From: Botryllus schlosseri
Lineage: Eukaryota
DNA: 64,000 bases
Reading direction: 5' to 3'
Assembly (NCBI GenBank): GCA_051294905.1
Contig: CM119372.1
Span: 15,254,001 to 15,318,000, forward strand
Position numbers and translations under genes: made by a program. Of this stretch, positions 62,905 through 64,000 are shown piece after piece (position 1 is the first letter of the stretch; each line of letters opens with the position of its first letter). The notes below the pieces were generated by a model, which was not told where the DNA came from, did no database searches, and was given only the letters and a program-made list of their open reading frames with translations.

Positions 62905-63589
62905 CAGGAATGGCCAACCTTTTCGGCTAAAGGGGCACATGCAATTGAAGAACGAGTGTGCGGTCCACTAGCCGCGCCAAGCGGATAAACTTTTCTAAGT
63001 TTATAAATAAACGAGGTCAATAATATTATTACTTGAGTATTGCGGGTCTATTGTATACCGCCCGCTAGGCTCAGTTTGCAAGGACACGACTATTCGGCGT
63101 CTATGGCCACATCGATATCGAAGGTCTCCGTTAATATGCGACAATAATGTTGTGCCTACATTTCACTGTCGACGATCTTTATGCGAGCGCAAACACGAAA
63201 AGACTTTCACGCGTAATTGCGAGTACAGTTAGACTAAATCGGGTAAATTGGGCGTTTTTTCATTGTCAGTAGGGGGTAGGCTACCAAGCAAGAAATCGTG
63301 TGACAGTTAAACACGCGAGGCGCGAAGAAAAATGTCGCTACTATTTTAGTTTATTGTAATGTACGACGATTTACTGAAAATGTGACTGAACCCTGGATCT
63401 GCCAATGCGTCGGAACTGATATTTTAGTCATCAATATCCCAAGTGTCGCAGCCAGAATTGTAATTTTTGGTTGGCATTGCAAGTTCACAATCTGAGCAAT
63501 TCATTTTCGATAATATAATAGGAGATTACCTCACGGGCCACGCAAAACCTCTCGCGGGCCACATTTGGCCCGCGGGTTGGCCACTCCTG
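62905..63589. mobile_element. hAT-type MITE (nested)
   Basis: TIR CAGGAATGGCCAACC / GGTTGGCCACTCCTG; TSD ATATAGAC / ATATAGAT. Confidence 0.85.
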
Positions 63590-64000
63590 ATATAGATAGG
63601 CCAATTCGATAATTTCAGAGCCGGAGCTGGAGCCGGAGCAGTAGTAATAATGCGGCTCCGGAGCTGGAGCCGGAGCTAATGTATGATAGAAGAGAGCTCC
63701 GGAGCCGGAGCCGGAGCAGTTTAAATTTACGGCTGCTCCAAAGCCCAGGACGCAACAGCTGGCTTGCGAGCTAGAAGTTCAACAACCCCAGCGGCCCAGC
63801 CTAACACGACAGTGGCCGAACTAAATTAGAAGTGGAAATATGACTTGGCTTTGGGCCAAGCCCGCGCAACCGGCAACAGGTTGTGTCTAGTATTTCGAGG
63901 TCAAGTTTTGATATAGATCGCTTGATTAATTCACTACCGCTTAGATTTGAGGTCATTTCCCATTTTACGGACGCCCGGGCAAGACCGCCAAAAATACATT

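Larger units (their letters stand above)
60947..63748. mobile_element. Second copy of the (GGAGCC)n hAT MITE, containing three nested MITEs
   Basis: Ends CAGGGCTTTGGAGC / GCTCCAAAGCCCAG; homologous to 3110-4723; both flanks contain GACGCAA. Confidence 0.85.

Overview
Eukaryotic, transposon-saturated 64 kb with no recognisable host gene. It is probably from a stolidobranch ascidian: the 24-nt sequence I recall as their spliced leader (SL), ATTGGAGTATTTGGTTGTATTAAG, occurs twice in full and once 5'-truncated. 1-25.1 kb is a five-level nest. An I-clade LINE (interrupted by two hAT-type MITEs and a tRNA-SINE) has a (TAA)n tail holding three 5'-truncated R4/Dong-like copies. The third copy is split by a minus-strand CR1/L2-group LINE, which holds a plus-strand CR1/L2-group LINE, which holds an intact 4.2-kb Gypsy with identical LTRs. 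Both CR1/L2-group LINEs start with the SL. 30725-57533 has Polinton/Maverick-type ends (AGTAGT...ACTACT, 6-bp TSD GACGTT) but is essentially one giant hairpin: 6.4-kb arms, a 339-bp loop, and one clear gene per arm encoding an RPA-like tandem OB-fold protein. Its left arm is split by a 13.65-kb GG-ended (Merlin-like) insertion with an 8-bp TSD. That insertion carries an SL-headed LTR-type unit with a tRNA-Ile PBS, encoding a small membrane protein, Gag, an aspartic protease and a Tpt1/KptA RNA 2'-phosphotransferase domain, but no RT or integrase. The rest is nested hAT-type MITEs. Family assignments come from motif recognition by eye; no searches were run.
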